From Hypanus sabinus (Eukaryota): 64,000 bases of DNA. Below, piece by piece: positions 12,620-27,200 of this stretch (position 1 is its first letter; every line of letters begins with the position of its first letter). Where the stretch lies: positions 43,834,001 through 43,898,000 of the forward strand of contig NC_082721.1 of NCBI RefSeq assembly GCF_030144855.1, in the 5' to 3' direction. The position numbers and the translations under genes are program-made. The notes below the pieces were generated by a model. The model ran no database searches, was not told the DNA's origin, and worked only from the letters and a program-made list of their open reading frames with translations.

Positions 12620-15125
12620 TGCCTGCTCTCCATATTCCAGAGAGTAGGAGCATCTAAACTGAAGATATTGGCGTAATATTGTTGTAACACATAAAGCAGG
12701 TTGGCCAATGAGGTTCGAGAGTCTTTGGTTCAAGAGTGCAGTCATGTCAGTTGAGAAGATTCCTCTTGATAAGCCTACAAGAGAAGAGACTGTACTTGAT
12801 TTGGTATTGGGAAATAAACTTGGTCAGCTGTCAAATCTCTCAGTGGGAGAGCATTTTGGAGATAGTGATCATAATTCTATCTCCTTTACAATAGCATTGG
12901 AGAGAGATAGGATCAGACAAGTTAGAAAAGCGTTTAATTGGAGTAAGTGGAATTATGAGGCTATCAGGCAGGGGATTGGAAGCTTAAATTCGGAACAGAT
13001 GTTCTCCGGGAAAAGTACAGAAGAAATGTGACAAATATTAGGGCGATATTTGTGTGCAGTTCTGTTTAAGTACATTCCTATGAGATAGGGATGTTATGGT
13101 ATGGTACAGGAACCGTGGTGTACAAAGGCTGTAATAGATCTAGTCAAGAAGAAGAAAAAACTTACAAAAGGTTTAGAGAGCTGGGTAATGTTAGAGATCT
13201 AGAAGATTATAAGGCTAGCAGAAAGGAGCTTAAAAGGAAATTAAGAGAGCCAGAAGGCACCATGATAAGGCCTTGGCAGGCAGGATTAAGAAAACTCCCA
13301 AGGCATTCTACAAGTATGTAAAGAGCAAGAGAATAAGATATGAAAGAATAGGACCTATCAAGTGTGACAGTGAAAAGTGTGTATGGAACCGGAGGAAATA
13401 ACAGAGGTACTTAATGAATACTTTACTTTAGTATTCACGACAGAAAAGGATCTTGGTGATTGTAGTGCTGACTTGCAGCAGACAGAAAAGCTTGAGAGGT
13501 AGATATTAAGAAAGAGGATGTGCTGGAGCTTTTGAAAAGCATCAAGTTGGATAAGTTGGGGGTGGGGACCGAATGAGATGTACCCCAGACTACTGTGAAA
13601 GGCAAGGGAGGAGATTGCTGAGCATTTGGTGATTATCTTTGATTCATCAACGGGGATGGGAGAGGTTCTGGTGGATTGGAGGGTTGCGAATGTTGTTCCT
13701 TGCAGAAAAGGGAGTAGAGATAGCCCAGGAAATCATAGACCTGTGAGACTTACTTCAATGGTTGATAAGTTGATGGAGAAGATCCTAAGAGGCAGGATTT
13801 ATGAACTTTTGGAGAGGTATAATATGATTGGGAAGAGTAAGCATCGCTTTGTCAAGGGCTGGATGTACGTAACTATTCTGATTGATTTTTTTGAGGATGT
13901 GACTAAACGCATTGTTGAAGGAAGAAGAGTAGGTGTAATGTATACAGATTTCAACAAGGATTTTGATAAGGTACCCTATGGAAGGCTTATTGAGAAAGTA
14001 AGGAGGCATGGGATCCAATGGAACATTGTTTTGTGGTCCAGAACTGGCTTGTCCACAGAAGGCAAAGTCTGGTTGTACCCCTGTCATGTTCTGCATGGAG
14101 GTCGGTGACAAGTGGTGTGCCTCAGGGATCTGTTCTGGGACCCTTAGTCTTCGTAATTTTTATAAAAAGACCTAGATGAGGAAGTGGGTGGATAGGTTAG
14201 TAAGTTTACTGATGTCACAATGGTTGGCGATGTTGTGGATAGTGTTGAGGACTGTCAGAGGTTACAGCGGGAAATTGTCTGGATGCAAAACTGGGCTCAG
14301 AAGTAGCAGATGAGGTTCAACCCAGATAAATGTGTACTGGTTCATTTTGGTAGGTCTTATATGATGGCAGCATATAGCATTAATGGTATGATCCTTGGTA
14401 GTGTGGAGGATCAGAGAGATCTTGGGGTCTGAGTCCATAGGATGCTCAAAGTAACTGTGCAGGTTGATTCTGTGGTTAAGAAGGCATACAGTTTATTGAC
14501 TTCCATTAATTGTGGAATTGAATTTAGGAGCCGAGAGGTAATCTTGCAGCTGTTAGGACCTTGGTCAGACCCAATTCGGAGTACTGTGCTCAGTTCTGAT
14601 CGCCTCACTATGGGAAGGATGTGGATGCCATAGGAAGGGTGTGGAGGAAATTTACAAGGGTGTTGCCTGGATTGCGGAGCATGCCTTATGAAAGTATTTT
14701 GAGTGAACTCGGCCTTTCCTCCTTGGAGCGACATAGGATGCAAGGTGAACTGATAGAGGTGTACAAGATGATGAGAGGCATTGATCATGTGGATAGTCAG
14801 AGGATTTTTTTTTTCCCAGAGCTGAAAAGGTTGCCAGAAGAGGAAGCAGTTTTAAGATGCTGGGGAGGAGGTACAGAGGGGATGTCATGGGTAAGTTTTT
14901 TTACTCAGAGAGTGGTGAGTGCATGGACTGTGCTGCTGGCTATGGTAGTGGAGCCAGATATGATGGATTCTTTAAAGAGACTTTTGGATAGGTACATGGA
15001 GTATGGAAAAATAGAGGGCCATGGGTAAGCCTAGTAATTTCTGAGGTAGGGACAGGCTCGGCACAAATTTGTGGACCGCAGGGCCTGTATTGTGCTGTAA
15101 GTTTTGTATGTTTCTCTCTATTTGT
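12620..15125 (+). mobile_element. Decayed CR1 LINE (endonuclease C-terminus, RT, 3' end)
   Basis: PTREETVLDLVLGN...GEHFGDSDHNSI (12708 ORF), WRVANVVP...NHRPVRLTS...DFNKDFDKVPYGRL (13626 ORF), an SGVPQGSVLGP-encoding segment at ~14110, and LERHRMQGELIEVYK. Multiple stops. Confidence 0.9.
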
Positions 15126-15599
15126 TCTGTATATCATTTCCACTCCCTCAGCAAAGTCGCAGGGAGTGAGATGCAACAGAGAAACAAGACAGATAGAGAA
15201 AAGTGAGATTGTAACTTGAATGAGCTCAAGACGATTTTGTTGTCAATCGTTTCTGGAGCAAATGTGATATGGAGATTAATTTCATTGCAAACCGAATTTG
15301 AGGAGATAGTTCAATAGACTCTTTGGTGGATGGACTCAAAGGGATTTCTGTACAATTAAGATCATATCCCCTGTGTCTATGAATGAATGAAGAAATTTCA
15401 CACTGTGTTTGGGGAGCATTTGAGGCCACTGGTAGAGCTGCCTGATATGGACCCTGTGTTAAATATCCTGAGGTGGAGAGCCCGGAGACCCCTCTCTACT
15501 TAGAGGTTCAACCTTGTTTTTGTCAAAATTTGTGTACATGAACAGATTAATGAAAATATTGGAGATCTCTTGTGGCACTACATGGAGTAGGTCATATTT

Positions 15600-18500
15600 T
15601 GGCTTTGCTCCGTTCATTTTTCAATTTTTTTTTACCACCCTTTCACTACTTAAAGTGTTTATAACCCTTTTAAGTGCCTGAACTTCGATTTTTAATTGCC
15701 AAAAATGAATACCAGAGGGCAAAACGCATTGGTAATGGAAGTGGAAGGCACAAAAGAGATCCTAAACTACTTAAGGAATCTCCACTCACTTTGAAAGCTA
15801 TGTCAAAACTCCTGGATGATAAATTCAATTAAAAAAATTCTACTTTGGAAGTACTTTTAAAGGAGATCGAAAGCAAACTGGGAACTCTTATGCAAGAGGG
15901 TGTAAAATAACAGCGACAAATAGCTGAACTCAATGTAACTGGAAGACAGAGAGATCGCAGACTGGATGCGCAGGAAAAGAAATTAAATTTGACTGCTCAG
16001 ACACTGGAACAGTATAAACTCAAGATTATTGACTTGGAAAGTCACAGTCGTAGACAGAACCTGTGAATAAAAAGACTCCGTGAAGATGTTGAGAGTGGTG
16101 AGCTTACTAAATTTTTCTCTCAATTTTTAATGGTCGTGTTCTGCTCTGAATCTTTCTCTACTATTCCTATATTGGATCGCATGCATCATGCTCTCTAATC
16201 TAAATCCCCTAAAGAGGGGAAACCCTGGCCTGTTATACTTCGACTCTACTATGTGCAAACCAAGGAGCATTTACATGAAATTGCCTGTTGGAAAGGGGTC
16301 ATGGTACACGGGGATCTCAGGTTTCAACTGGTTGAAGACTATAGCCCCGAAGTGATGATAGAGAGATTGCTTTTTAAACAGAGATGTCTGAGCTGTATCA
16401 AAAAATGTTTCAACCAGCTCTGTTATTTCCATCCTGTTTAAGGGTTGTTCTGCCTGACAAATCATGTAAATGGTTTAAATCCGTGAAAGAATCTCAACAA
16501 TTCCTTGACGACCAACGTTCGATCCCAGATATCTAATAAATTGAATGTCTCTTCGTGTCTGTACTCATTTTGTTTATAGGTTGATAATCAGTTCACAGAT
16601 TTAGTCTTTTGAAATCTGCAGATTTTTGCCCTTGGTTTTATAACACTCGTGTTCTGTTTTGGAGTATGGAAGCTTATTATGCTTTTATGTTTGAGTTCCT
16701 TTTTTTTTCTTTTGTTACTTTATTATTTTCAATTGTTCGTCTTTTGAAAGCAATTAAGAAACTGATTTGATGATTGACTTTTTTTCTCTGAAATAAGATT
16801 GTATATCAGGTATTGTTTATAGCATTCCCTTTTCAATATTTTGACTAAGGTGGAAGTCCGCATTTTTCTCAATTATTTTTGTGTCTGTATTCATTTAACT
16901 TAAAAATTAATAAACCAGTTTATAGATCTGACTGCTAGAGTTTCAAGTTTTTTTTATGATCTCATGACTGAATGTTTTTTTTCCTGAAATATTAAAATGA
17001 TTGTATTCTATTTCACTTTTTTAAGATTTCACTTCTCAGAATGTTTTGCAAATATGGCATTCCTTTTTCATTGTTTTGACTGGGGGGTATTTTGCATCAT
17101 TTTTTTTAATTTTGGAGACTTGCCATCAAGAGATTGGGCGTAGGGGAGGTAGTTGTTAGCTTTCTGGCTGTCTATTGGCCGGTTTTCGGACTTTGAGGGT
17201 GATGGTGGGGCTGTCTTTAGTTTTTTTTTCATCTGGGCTGAACTGAAACTACAAATATGTCTGAATTTTTGGAACTTCCGATTCCTTGTTAAATCTTTTT
17301 CTCTCTCCCTGATTAATAAGTTTCCTATGCAGGAAGGTTAACCCTTTACATACCCTTTACATATAGTTTATTCAAATAAAACGGATAATATTACTAACTA
17401 TTACTAACTTTGTCTCATGGAATACGAATGTTTTGAAGCAACTGATAAAATAAAAGAACATTTTTTAAGTTTTTCATTGATTGAATGCTCAGATTATCTT
17501 TGCCCAGGAAACTCATGTGAGGAAGAAGGATAATCAGTGTTTCCTTACATTTTTGAATGGAGAGAGATTTCAATCTAATTCACAGGCTGAAGTGCAAGGT
17601 GTATCTATTTTCATAGACTCCTCAACTTCATTTTTTCACTATGAAAGAATCACAGACCAGATTGGTAGATCAATGTTAATTACTGGATTACTTTATAACC
17701 AAAAAATTGTTATGGTTAATAACTATGCACCAAATGCCGACTATCCTGTGTTCTTTAAACGTGTTTTTGTATCTCTTCCTAATTTAAATGACTATATGCT
17801 GATAATGGGCAGAGATTTTAACTGTTGTCTGAATCCTTCAATGGACAGGCCTGCGTACAATCAGGTACCTCCAAACAAATATGCTATTCTTATTAATTTC
17901 TTTTTAGTTGACTCCAGAATTGTAGATATTTGGAGGTTTTTATAACATAACGATAAAGAGTTCTCATTCTTTTCTAGAACTGACAGCTTTTTTATCGACT
18001 GTCAATTCGTTCTGTCTGTTACTGCCTATGAGTACAATGCAATCGCAGTTTCCGATCATGTGGTCTTGAAACTATCAATCAAATTAACTGATGTAACTTT
18101 TAGTGCTAGACAGTGGCGGTTCAACTCTACTCTACTATAGGACTTAAACTTTGTTAACTTTGTTAAAGAACAGATTGCCTTTTTCTTTTCAACTAACCTT
18201 ACGGAAGAAATTTCCAGAGAGATAATATGGGATACATTTAAAGTATACATCCGTGGGCAAATTATTTTATATTCTGCTGGATTGAAAAAAACGAATTAGT
18301 AATGTAATACGTACATTGGTTGATAAGATTAAAGAAATTGATATAAGATATTCTGCTGCTCCTAATCTGGAGTTTTATAAAAGAGAGCTGAATTTAAGAT
18401 ACTATGCAGTTTATTATTAACACCCGCAATTGTGAATTACTGATGTAAAACTAAGAGTCAATTTATATATATGGTGATAAATTGGATACATTACTGGGCA

Positions 18501-21475
18501 ACTAATTGAAAGTTACTTCGACTAAATGCCAGATTACGAAAGTTCATAAATGTGATGGTAGTTTGACGGTTGACCATGATGAAATTAATAAATGTTTTAA
18601 AGAATTCTATACCGTTTTATATCAATTAGAATTTCCCAATGATTCTACCATAATGCATGATTTTTTAAGGAAATTGAATATTCTAAAATTACCACTTAAT
18701 GAACGGTTTGCATTAGATGCACCCATCACAGAAAAAGAAATAAAGAAAGTGATTTATTAGATAAATTCTGGTAAAGCACCTGGTTCAGATGGGTGTATAC
18801 GGTAGAATTTTTCAAAACTTTTTCAAATCTGCTTTCTCCTTGGATACATAGAATATTTAAGGATGTTTTATCTGCAGTTAAATTACCACAATCCTTTTGT
18901 GAAGCATCTATTTCTTTAATTCCTAAAAATGTTAAAGACCCCACTGAAAGTGCATCATATTGACCTTTATCCTTTTTGAATGTGGACCCCAAAATCTTTT
19001 CCAAAATATTGGCAATTAGATTGGAGACTATATTGCCAGAAATTGTCTCTGATGACCAGACAGAATTTATTAAAAATTGTTATTTGTATTTTAATGTTAG
19101 GAGGTTAATGTATATTGTTTATACTCTTTCATCTAAAACCCAAGAATGTGTTACTTCGCATGATGCCGAGAAGCCGTTTGATACAGTTGAATGGGAATAT
19201 TTATTTAATATGCTTGAGAAGTTTGATTTTAGCCCAAAGTTTATATCTTGGATTAAATTGATATATCATATACCGTTGGCTTCTGTTCTTAGAGTTCTCC
19301 CCTTTTGGGGCTTTTTCGAGGTACTAGACAGGGCTGTTCTTTAAGTTCCTTACTATTTGATATTTCCTTGGAGACCTTGGCAATTGCTCTTCGCGATTCA
19401 CCCAATATATTCGGCATTATTCATGGGAATGAGATACATAAGGTATCACTATATGCAGATGACCTGATATTATATATCTCTAATATAGAGAAATCCATCC
19501 CTGCAATAATATTACTACTTGCTCAGTTCAGTACTTTTTCTGATTATAAATTGAATCTTAATAAGAGTGAACTTTTCCCATTAAATATGCAAGCTTCAGT
19601 CTATAGACAATCACCATTCAGACTGGTTACTGATTACTTTAGTTATTTGTGCATTAAAATTATTAAGAAGCATAGGGATCTATTTAAAGTTAAAATTTTA
19701 GCCTTAATTGATCATGTTAAACAACTGCTTACTAAATGTTCCCCATTGTCCTTATCGCTGATTGGTAGAATTAATACTATGAAGATGATTATTTAACCTA
19801 AATTTCCGTATCTATTTCAGGGAGATCCAATTTTCATTTCGAAGTCCTTTTTCAATATTATTGACTCTAAAATTCCTTATATATATATCTTATAATATAT
19901 ATATATATATCAGAATAAAAATCTGAGACAAAGTAAGAAATAATTACCCAAATCAAAAAAGGAGGGCAGTTAGGTAATGCCAAATTTTAGATTCTATTAT
20001 TGGGCAATTAATATTAGATACTTAACATTTTGGACAAAAGATCTGGATGAAATTTATTGCCCACAATGGGTAAACCTCGAGGCCAAGTCTGCACAGATGT
20101 TTTCATTGGCTTCTATTTTAGTGGCCTTGCTTCCCTTTGCACTTACTAAACTGAATAAACAAATCACGAATCCAATAACTAAACATACAATACAAATATG
20201 TTTTTTTTGTTTTATAATTATTTTGGATTAAATAAATTTATCCTATTAAGTCCTATTATATCTAATTTTTTCTTCCTACCTTCCAGAATTGATCATGCTT
20301 TTCTTTTATGGAGAACAAAGGGAATAACATGTTTTCGTGACTTATTCATGGATAACTGTCTCATATCTTTTGAATTGTTGTCGAATGCATATAATCACAG
20401 TTTTTCAGATACTGACAGATTAAAAACTTTTTGAATATTAAGTTACTTACTTTTTTGGTATCACATCAAACTGAAATTACGGGAAAAGATTTAGGTTTAA
20501 ATCCCTATCAGAAGAGCTTAATAGCAATTATTTATGATCTGATTATGAAAATATATCTGAGTACATCTGATAAAATTAAGAATGAATGGGAAAGAAAACG
20601 TCATGTACCTTTACTTATAGAGAAATGGGAGAAAATTCTCCAATTAGTTAACACTTCTTCAATATGTGCTAGTCACACCTTGATACAATTTAAGGTGGTT
20701 CCAAGGGCCCATATGTCCAAGGTTAAGTTAGCTCATGTTTTTTGCCAAATAAATCCTGTCTGTGACAGGTGTAAATCTGAGATAGCTTCTTTGACACATA
20801 TGTTCTGATCTTGTCCTCTTTTGAAAAATATTGAAAAGGTGTTTTTGATAATATTTCAGCAGTTTTGCGTCTTGATTTAAAACCTCATTGTATTACTGCA
20901 ATATCTGGATTACCAGTAATGGACTCCAATCAATTATCCCCTTCAGCCTGCCGATTGATTGCATTTGTTACATTAATAGCCAGATGACCCATTTTATTTA
21001 AATGGAAAGATTCAATGGTTTGCCCAAACTATAAAATGCTTAAACTTGGAGAAAATAGGAGTGGCACTATCAACCCTTCAGTTAAATTTCAAGAAACTTG
21101 GACACCATTTCTTCAACATTTTCATATGAAAAAAGCTGACCTTTTTCGAATCCGACTCGATAAATTTTTGTTTGTGTATGGAGGAGCAGAGTTAATGATA
21201 AATAACAATTTTAACTAATCAAACAAGGTAGCCCCCAGCTTTTGTTTTGTTTTTTTTAATCCTTTTTTTGTTAGTTTTGGGTATTTTGTAAGAATATTTT
21301 TTCTTCGAAACTTTTTCATGTTTAGTTACTAAGAGATTGGGAGGCTCATATTACACATGTTGTTCGGAGTCTGTTTATGTATACGTTAACCATTATTTAT
21401 GTAATACTGATCTCTTTGTATCACTATCATTGTTATCTTTATCTATTTGAAACTTAATAAAAAAAGATTGATAAA
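15600..21475 (+). mobile_element. Near full-length decayed L1 LINE
   Basis: ORF1 remnants (IIDLES.SRRQNL-like at ~16030; FQLVEDYSPEV). APE domain AQETHV...YAPN (17481). RT segments NVDPKIFSKILAIRL and GTRQGC...LYADDL (18976-19796). C-terminal CASHTLIQFK...CDRC...HMF. AATAAA and A-rich tail at ~21456. 5' end approximate. Confidence 0.9.
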
Positions 21476-21559
21476 GATGAATGAAAATATTGTACTGCTG
21501 GTCAGGATGTCCTTGGACAATGCAAGACTGAATGTTGTTGCATATACTAAGAATCCCAA

Positions 21560-22480
21560 GGGAATCTAGAGCAATGAGGTAAGTGTGTGCATAAATGGCA
21601 AATGGCATTCTGGCTAGGTAAGTGCAATGGGTTGAAGTTTGAGAAAGCAACACAGTGTAATATGATCACAGTAAATGTTAAGTCCCTGGGGAGTTTTGTA
21701 AAACAAAGGGATGTAGCAGTGCCAGTATATTGTTCCCCGAATGTGTTGCCACGGATGGACAATATGCTTACAAAAATTATTTGGCACGTCTTCCTTTATC
21801 AGTCGGCATTTGATTATAGTGCAGTTATATGAGATAATCGTGCGTTAACACCTGTGTCATATGTACAGTTTTCATCTGTCTGTTGAAGGAACAAGGTCAT
21901 TAAGCTGGAAAGGGAGCATAAAGAGTGATTTTTCAGAATATTACTATGACCGGGAGCTTGAGTTATAGGAGATGTTAGACATGCAATGACATTTCCATTG
22001 AATAGCAAGAGATTGGAACAAAATGTACAGTGGCAAAGACTAGATGAATACACACAGTTCTTTACCAAGTGAAAGTGAATTAAAAACATAGAGCGTAGGT
22101 TTAAGGTGACAGAAAGGAATAGAGGAACCTGTGTCAGGTTATCCAGCAACTACAAGAATCCCAGAAACTTCAGCAGTTTAAGCAAGACCAAAAATAATAC
22201 TGAAATTAAGCAGGAGGAACTCAGACAAACTACTCAGGATCTTGAGGATCTGCATCACTCATGATATCTAAAATACTTGATGGAGGTATATAAAATTAAG
22301 AGGGATGTGGATAAAACAACAACTACAACGCAAAAAAATTAAAAATGCAATGGATATCAAAACAGTGCAAATTGAACACAAAGTGATAAATACAAAGAGT
22401 TTTTCACAATCCCCTTGATAGATACCAAGTGGGACACATGCATCACAAAGCAAAAGCCCAGAGCTACTCCAAAAATAATC
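21560..22480 (+). mobile_element. Highly decayed CR1-like 3' remnant
   Basis: WQMAFWLGKC resembles the CR1 WQM.FN..KC motif. Remaining similarity is weak. Confidence 0.4.
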
Positions 22481-23466
22481 GAAGTAGAAATGTAAGGTGA
22501 ACAATCCAAGGATCATTGCATGCTCATGAGGTTACACTGTGAAAATACAACCCACATCCTATGTGGAAAGAAATATATATTTTCAAATGACACTGGGTGT
22601 GACAGAACTCCCCTTTCATATCCGTCTCCTGGCAGCTTGGGGTGATTCGGATGAAGCCAATGAAAATCAGTAATGAGGTCAGGATGTAAGATACCCCAAA
22701 CTGGAACCCAACTCCTCTCCTTCAGGTTACAACCCTCCCAAACAACTAAACTCTGGATAGTGCCCATTAACTTGAAAGGAGTCGAGCAATCTCTGGAGAG
22801 TGTAAACAGGTGCTCTATTTATGATTCTGGGAGGATTGAGAGGCTTAGGTATAGGGGCCAAAGGACAACAGATTCAGCGTTTAAGTTCAGAGATGTGAAA
22901 AGTAAGATGGATTTGGCAATACCTGGGAAGCTGTAATCTATATATTACAGGATTGATTCCCCTAACAACACTCTTAACAGGGCCCAATGAAGCCAAGAGC
23001 TTGTTTCCAGGATTCTAGTTTTAAGAGGAACAGACAGTTGGGTAGACCCACAGAAAAGAAGTATCCAGTCATGTCATCTTGTTTCCATGGAATTGCTGCC
23101 TTTTCTTTTCTTTTTAACCACTCTGCATCAGTTATCAATTCCTTTTTGATCGATTTTGGGTTGATTGAATTATGGAGGAAATTAAACCCTGATATTGGAG
23201 TATATTCCCTCTTTTTGCATGTCTACAAAAGATATCGAGGATTGATTATATTATAGTTGATCCCTACCTTTTGTCTAATGTTAAAAACTGTGAATATAAC
23301 GTTATTGCTATATCTGATCATGTGCCTTTGAGTTTGTCCTTTGAATTTGACGATGTAATTTTTGTCCGTCCACCATAGTGCATGTCTCAGACATTATTGC
23401 AAAACTCTGATTTTATCAGTTTTATTGAAAGCCAGATAAAAGATTTTTTTTCTTTTTAATGATATA

Positions 23467-25930
23467 ACCATATAACCATATAACAATCACAGCACGGAAA
23501 CAGGCCATCTTGGCCCTCCTAGTCCGTGCCGAACCCTTAATCTCACCTAGTCCCACCTACCCGCACTCAGCCCATAACCCTCCACTCCTTTCCTGTCCAT
23601 ATACCTATCCAATTTTACCTTAAATGACACAACTGAATTGGCCTCTACTACTTCTACAGGAAGCTCATTCCACACAGCTATCACTCTTTGAGTAAAGAAA
23701 TACCCCCTCGTGTTTCCCTTAAACTTCTGCCCCCTAACTCTCAAATCATGTCCTCTAGTTTGAATCTCCCCTACTCTCAATGGAAACAGCCTGTTCACGT
23801 CAACTCTATCTATCCCTCTCAAAATTTTAAATACCTCGATCAAATCCCCCCTCAACCTTGTACGCTCCAATGAATAGAGACCTAACTTGTTCAACCTTTC
23901 TTTGTAACTTAATTGCTGAAACCCAGGTAAAATCCTAGTAAATTGTCTCAGCACTCTCTCTAATTTATTGATATCTTTCCTATAATTCGGTGACCAGAAA
24001 TGCACACAATATTCCAAATTTGGCCTTACCAATGCCTTGTACAACTTTAGCATTACATCCCAACTTCTCTACTCAATGCTTTGATTTATAAAGGCCAGCG
24101 TTCCAAAAGCCCTCTTCACCACCCTATCTACATGAGACTCCACTTTCAGGGAACTATTCCTAGATCTCTCTGTTCCTCTGCATTCCTCAATGCCCTACCA
24201 TTTACTCTGTATGTTCTATTTGGATTATTCCTGCCAAAATGTAGAACCTCACACTTCTCAGCATTAAACTCCATCTGCCAACGTTCAGCCCATTCTTCTA
24301 ACCGGCATAAATCTCCCTGCAAGCTTTGAAAATCCACCTCATTATCAACAACACCTCCTACCTTAGTATCATCGGCATACTTACTAATCCAATTTACCAC
24401 CCCATCATCCAGATCATTTATGTATATTACAAACAACATTGGGCCCAAAACAGATCCCTGAGGCACCCCGCTAGTCACCGGCCTCCATCCCGATAAACAA
24501 TTATCCATCACTACTCTCTGGCATCTCCCATTTAGCCACTGTTGAATCCATTTTATTACTCCAGCATTAATACCTAACGATTGAACCTTCTTAACTAACC
24601 TTCCATATGGAACTTTGTCAAAGGCTTTGCTGAAGTCCATATAGACTGCATCCACTGCCATACCCTCATCAACATTCCTCGTAACTTCTTCAACAAATTC
24701 AATAAGGTTTGTCAAACATGACCTTCCATGCACAAATCCATGCTGGCTACTCCTAATCAGATCCTGTCTATCCAGATAATTATTAATACTATCTCTAAGA
24801 ATACTCTCCATTAATTTACCCACCACTGATATCAAACTGACAGGTCTATAATTGCTAGGCTTACTTCTAGAACCATTTTTAAACAATGGAACCACATGAG
24901 CAATACGCCAATCCTCCGGCACAATCCCAGTTTCTAATGACATCTTAAAGATCTCCATCAGAGCTCCTGCTATCTCTACACAAACCTCCCTCAAGGTCCT
25001 GGGGAATATCCTGTCAGGACCTGGAGATTTATCCACTTTTAAATTTCTTAAAAGCGCCAGTACTTCCACCTCTTTAATTGTCATAGGTTCCATAACTTCC
25101 TTACTTGTTTCCCACACCTTACACAATTCAATATCCTTCTCCTTAGTGAATACCAAAGAGAAGAAATCGTTCAAAATCTCTCCCATCCCCCTTGGCTCCA
25201 CACATAGCTGACCACTCTGATTCTCTAAGGGGCCAATTTTATCCCTCACTATCCTCTTGCTTTTAATATAACTGTAGAAACCTTTCGGATTTACTTTCAC
25301 CTTATTTGCCAAACCAACCTCGTATCTTCTTTTAGCTTTTCTAATCTCTTTCTTAAGATTCCTTTTACATTCTTTATATTCCTCGAGCAATTCCTTTACT
25401 CCATGCTGCCTATATCTATTGTAGACATCCCTCTTTTTCTGAACCAAATTTCTAATATCCCTTGAAAACCATGGTGCTTTCAAACCTTTAACCTTTCCTT
25501 TCAACCTAACAGGAACATAAAGATTCTGTACCCTCATAATTTCACCCTTAAATGACCTCCATTTCTCTATTACATCCTTCCCATAAAACAACTTAACCCA
25601 ATCCACTCTCTCTAAATCCCTTCGCATCTCCTCAAAGTTAGCCTTTCTCCAATCAAAAATCTCAACTCTAGGTCCTGTCCTGTCCTTCTCCATAATTATA
25701 TTGAAGCTAATGCTATTGTGATCACTGGACCTGAAGTGCTCCCCAACGCATACATCTGTCAGCTGACCTATCGCATTCCCTAACAGGAGATCCAACACTG
25801 CCCCATCTCAAGTCGGTACTTCCATATATTGTTGCAAAAAACTATCCTGCACACATTTCGCAAACTCTAAACCATCCAGCCCTTTTACAGAATGAGCTTC
25901 CCAGTCTATGTGTGGAAAATTAAAATCTCC
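23467..25930 (-). mobile_element. Young 5'-truncated CR1 LINE with TSD
   Basis: 550-aa ORF2 segment (24146-25798) with RT motifs NYRPVSL, DFSKAFDKV, SGVPQGSVLGP and YADD, plus a 168-aa C-terminal segment. (AACCATAT)n tail at 23467. TSD AATGATATA at 23458-23466 and 25931-25939. A 10-bp deletion near 24150 shifts the frame. Confidence 0.95.
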
Positions 25931-26237
25931 AATGATATAGGAGGTATAATTAATTATACAGGATACATTCAAAGCATTTTTACGTGGTCAGATTATGTCT
26001 TATTCAGCTAAACTTAAAAAAAAAACAGACAGAAGTAGAATTAGATAAAATTTCAAAACAAATTAAAGATTTAGATAATGTCTATGTGGTTTCCCCTAAT
26101 ATTGACTTTATTAAAAAAAGGGTGGAACTTCAATCGCAATATAACCTATTATTAACTCATCCAATCGAAGGTTATCTACATAAATTAAAGAGCCAATTTT
26201 ATATGTATGGAGATAAATATAATAAATTACTTGCATT

Positions 26238-26878
26238 TGTTATGAGGGATGAACAGCTCTGATGGGCAGAAGGGTTCAGAGTTGCCCATGTCCCCCCCTC
26301 CCTGGGAGAATCTGAAACCGTTACTGTTGCTCTGCTGCTAATGAGAGAGAGAGGTGTGAGGGAAAAACATGCTGGAATTGGAATATCTGCTATAGATAAG
26401 AGAGAGATACAGAAGGGGGAGAGAGGCTTGTTGACTCACCATATTATGACTTCTGAAAGACTTATGGCTTCTGAAAGGATTGTTTACCTTACACTATTCT
26501 GTTCATTAAAATTCCTCAGTGGACAGCAAGAGTGGGCTGGTTTGATGGACAAAGCCAATCAAAACTGATTAACCCCTGAGACCCCGTGAATAGGGATAAA
26601 AATGAGGTCTGGGGAGACACCTCTCAGACTCACCAGGAGACACACTAGTGCGCACTGCTTGAGTGTTGGAACCCACGAGAAGGTGTGGGGCATCGGGGAC
26701 CAAACAAAGGATCGGTCAGTTTAACTCAATGTTATAGCAGGGCCGGAGGGGGCTTGTGTGTGTGTCCGCCCTTTCCTGGGTGACGAGTCCACCACAGAAG
26801 AACGGTCCAGCTGAAAGACACATGGTTCATACCTGAATGGCCATAACACATCGACGGATCAAGAACGTAAAGGAAGCC

Positions 26879-26913
<35 letters not shown>

Positions 26914-27200
26914 CTCTCTCTCTCGACCAGCATCTACCTCAGCACGTATGAACTGAACAGAATTTTATATTCACATATGACAATCCATTATCCCCTACAC
27001 ATCGATAGAGCTTGTTTATTATTGATTATTATTATTATACACACACTTTTTGGTTTAGTATTGCTAACGTGTATTATCCATACATTTGCATTATTGATAT
27101 TGATTTGTGTATTTTACTAATAAACACTGTTTGAAAAGAGTAGGACCAGACTCTAACGTTCACTTCTTTCTCTGCTGGTTAGACACCCAGTTACGGGGCT
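26238..27200 (+). mobile_element. LTR-like insertion (probable solo LTR) within L1
   Basis: Begins TGTTATGA exactly where the L1 reading KLLAF breaks. Contains a central gggataaaaa, aataaa at ~27118 and an end ccagttacggggct. L1 resumes after a short duplication. A canonical CA end is not clear. Confidence 0.6.
26883..26924. repeat. (TC)n microsatellite
   Basis: Directly visible dinucleotide run with one interruption. Confidence 0.95.

Noticed and set aside
24146-25798. Longest ORF (550 aa) as a host gene
   Set aside because: It is CR1 ORF2 (APE end plus RT) inside a TSD-flanked, 5'-truncated insertion.
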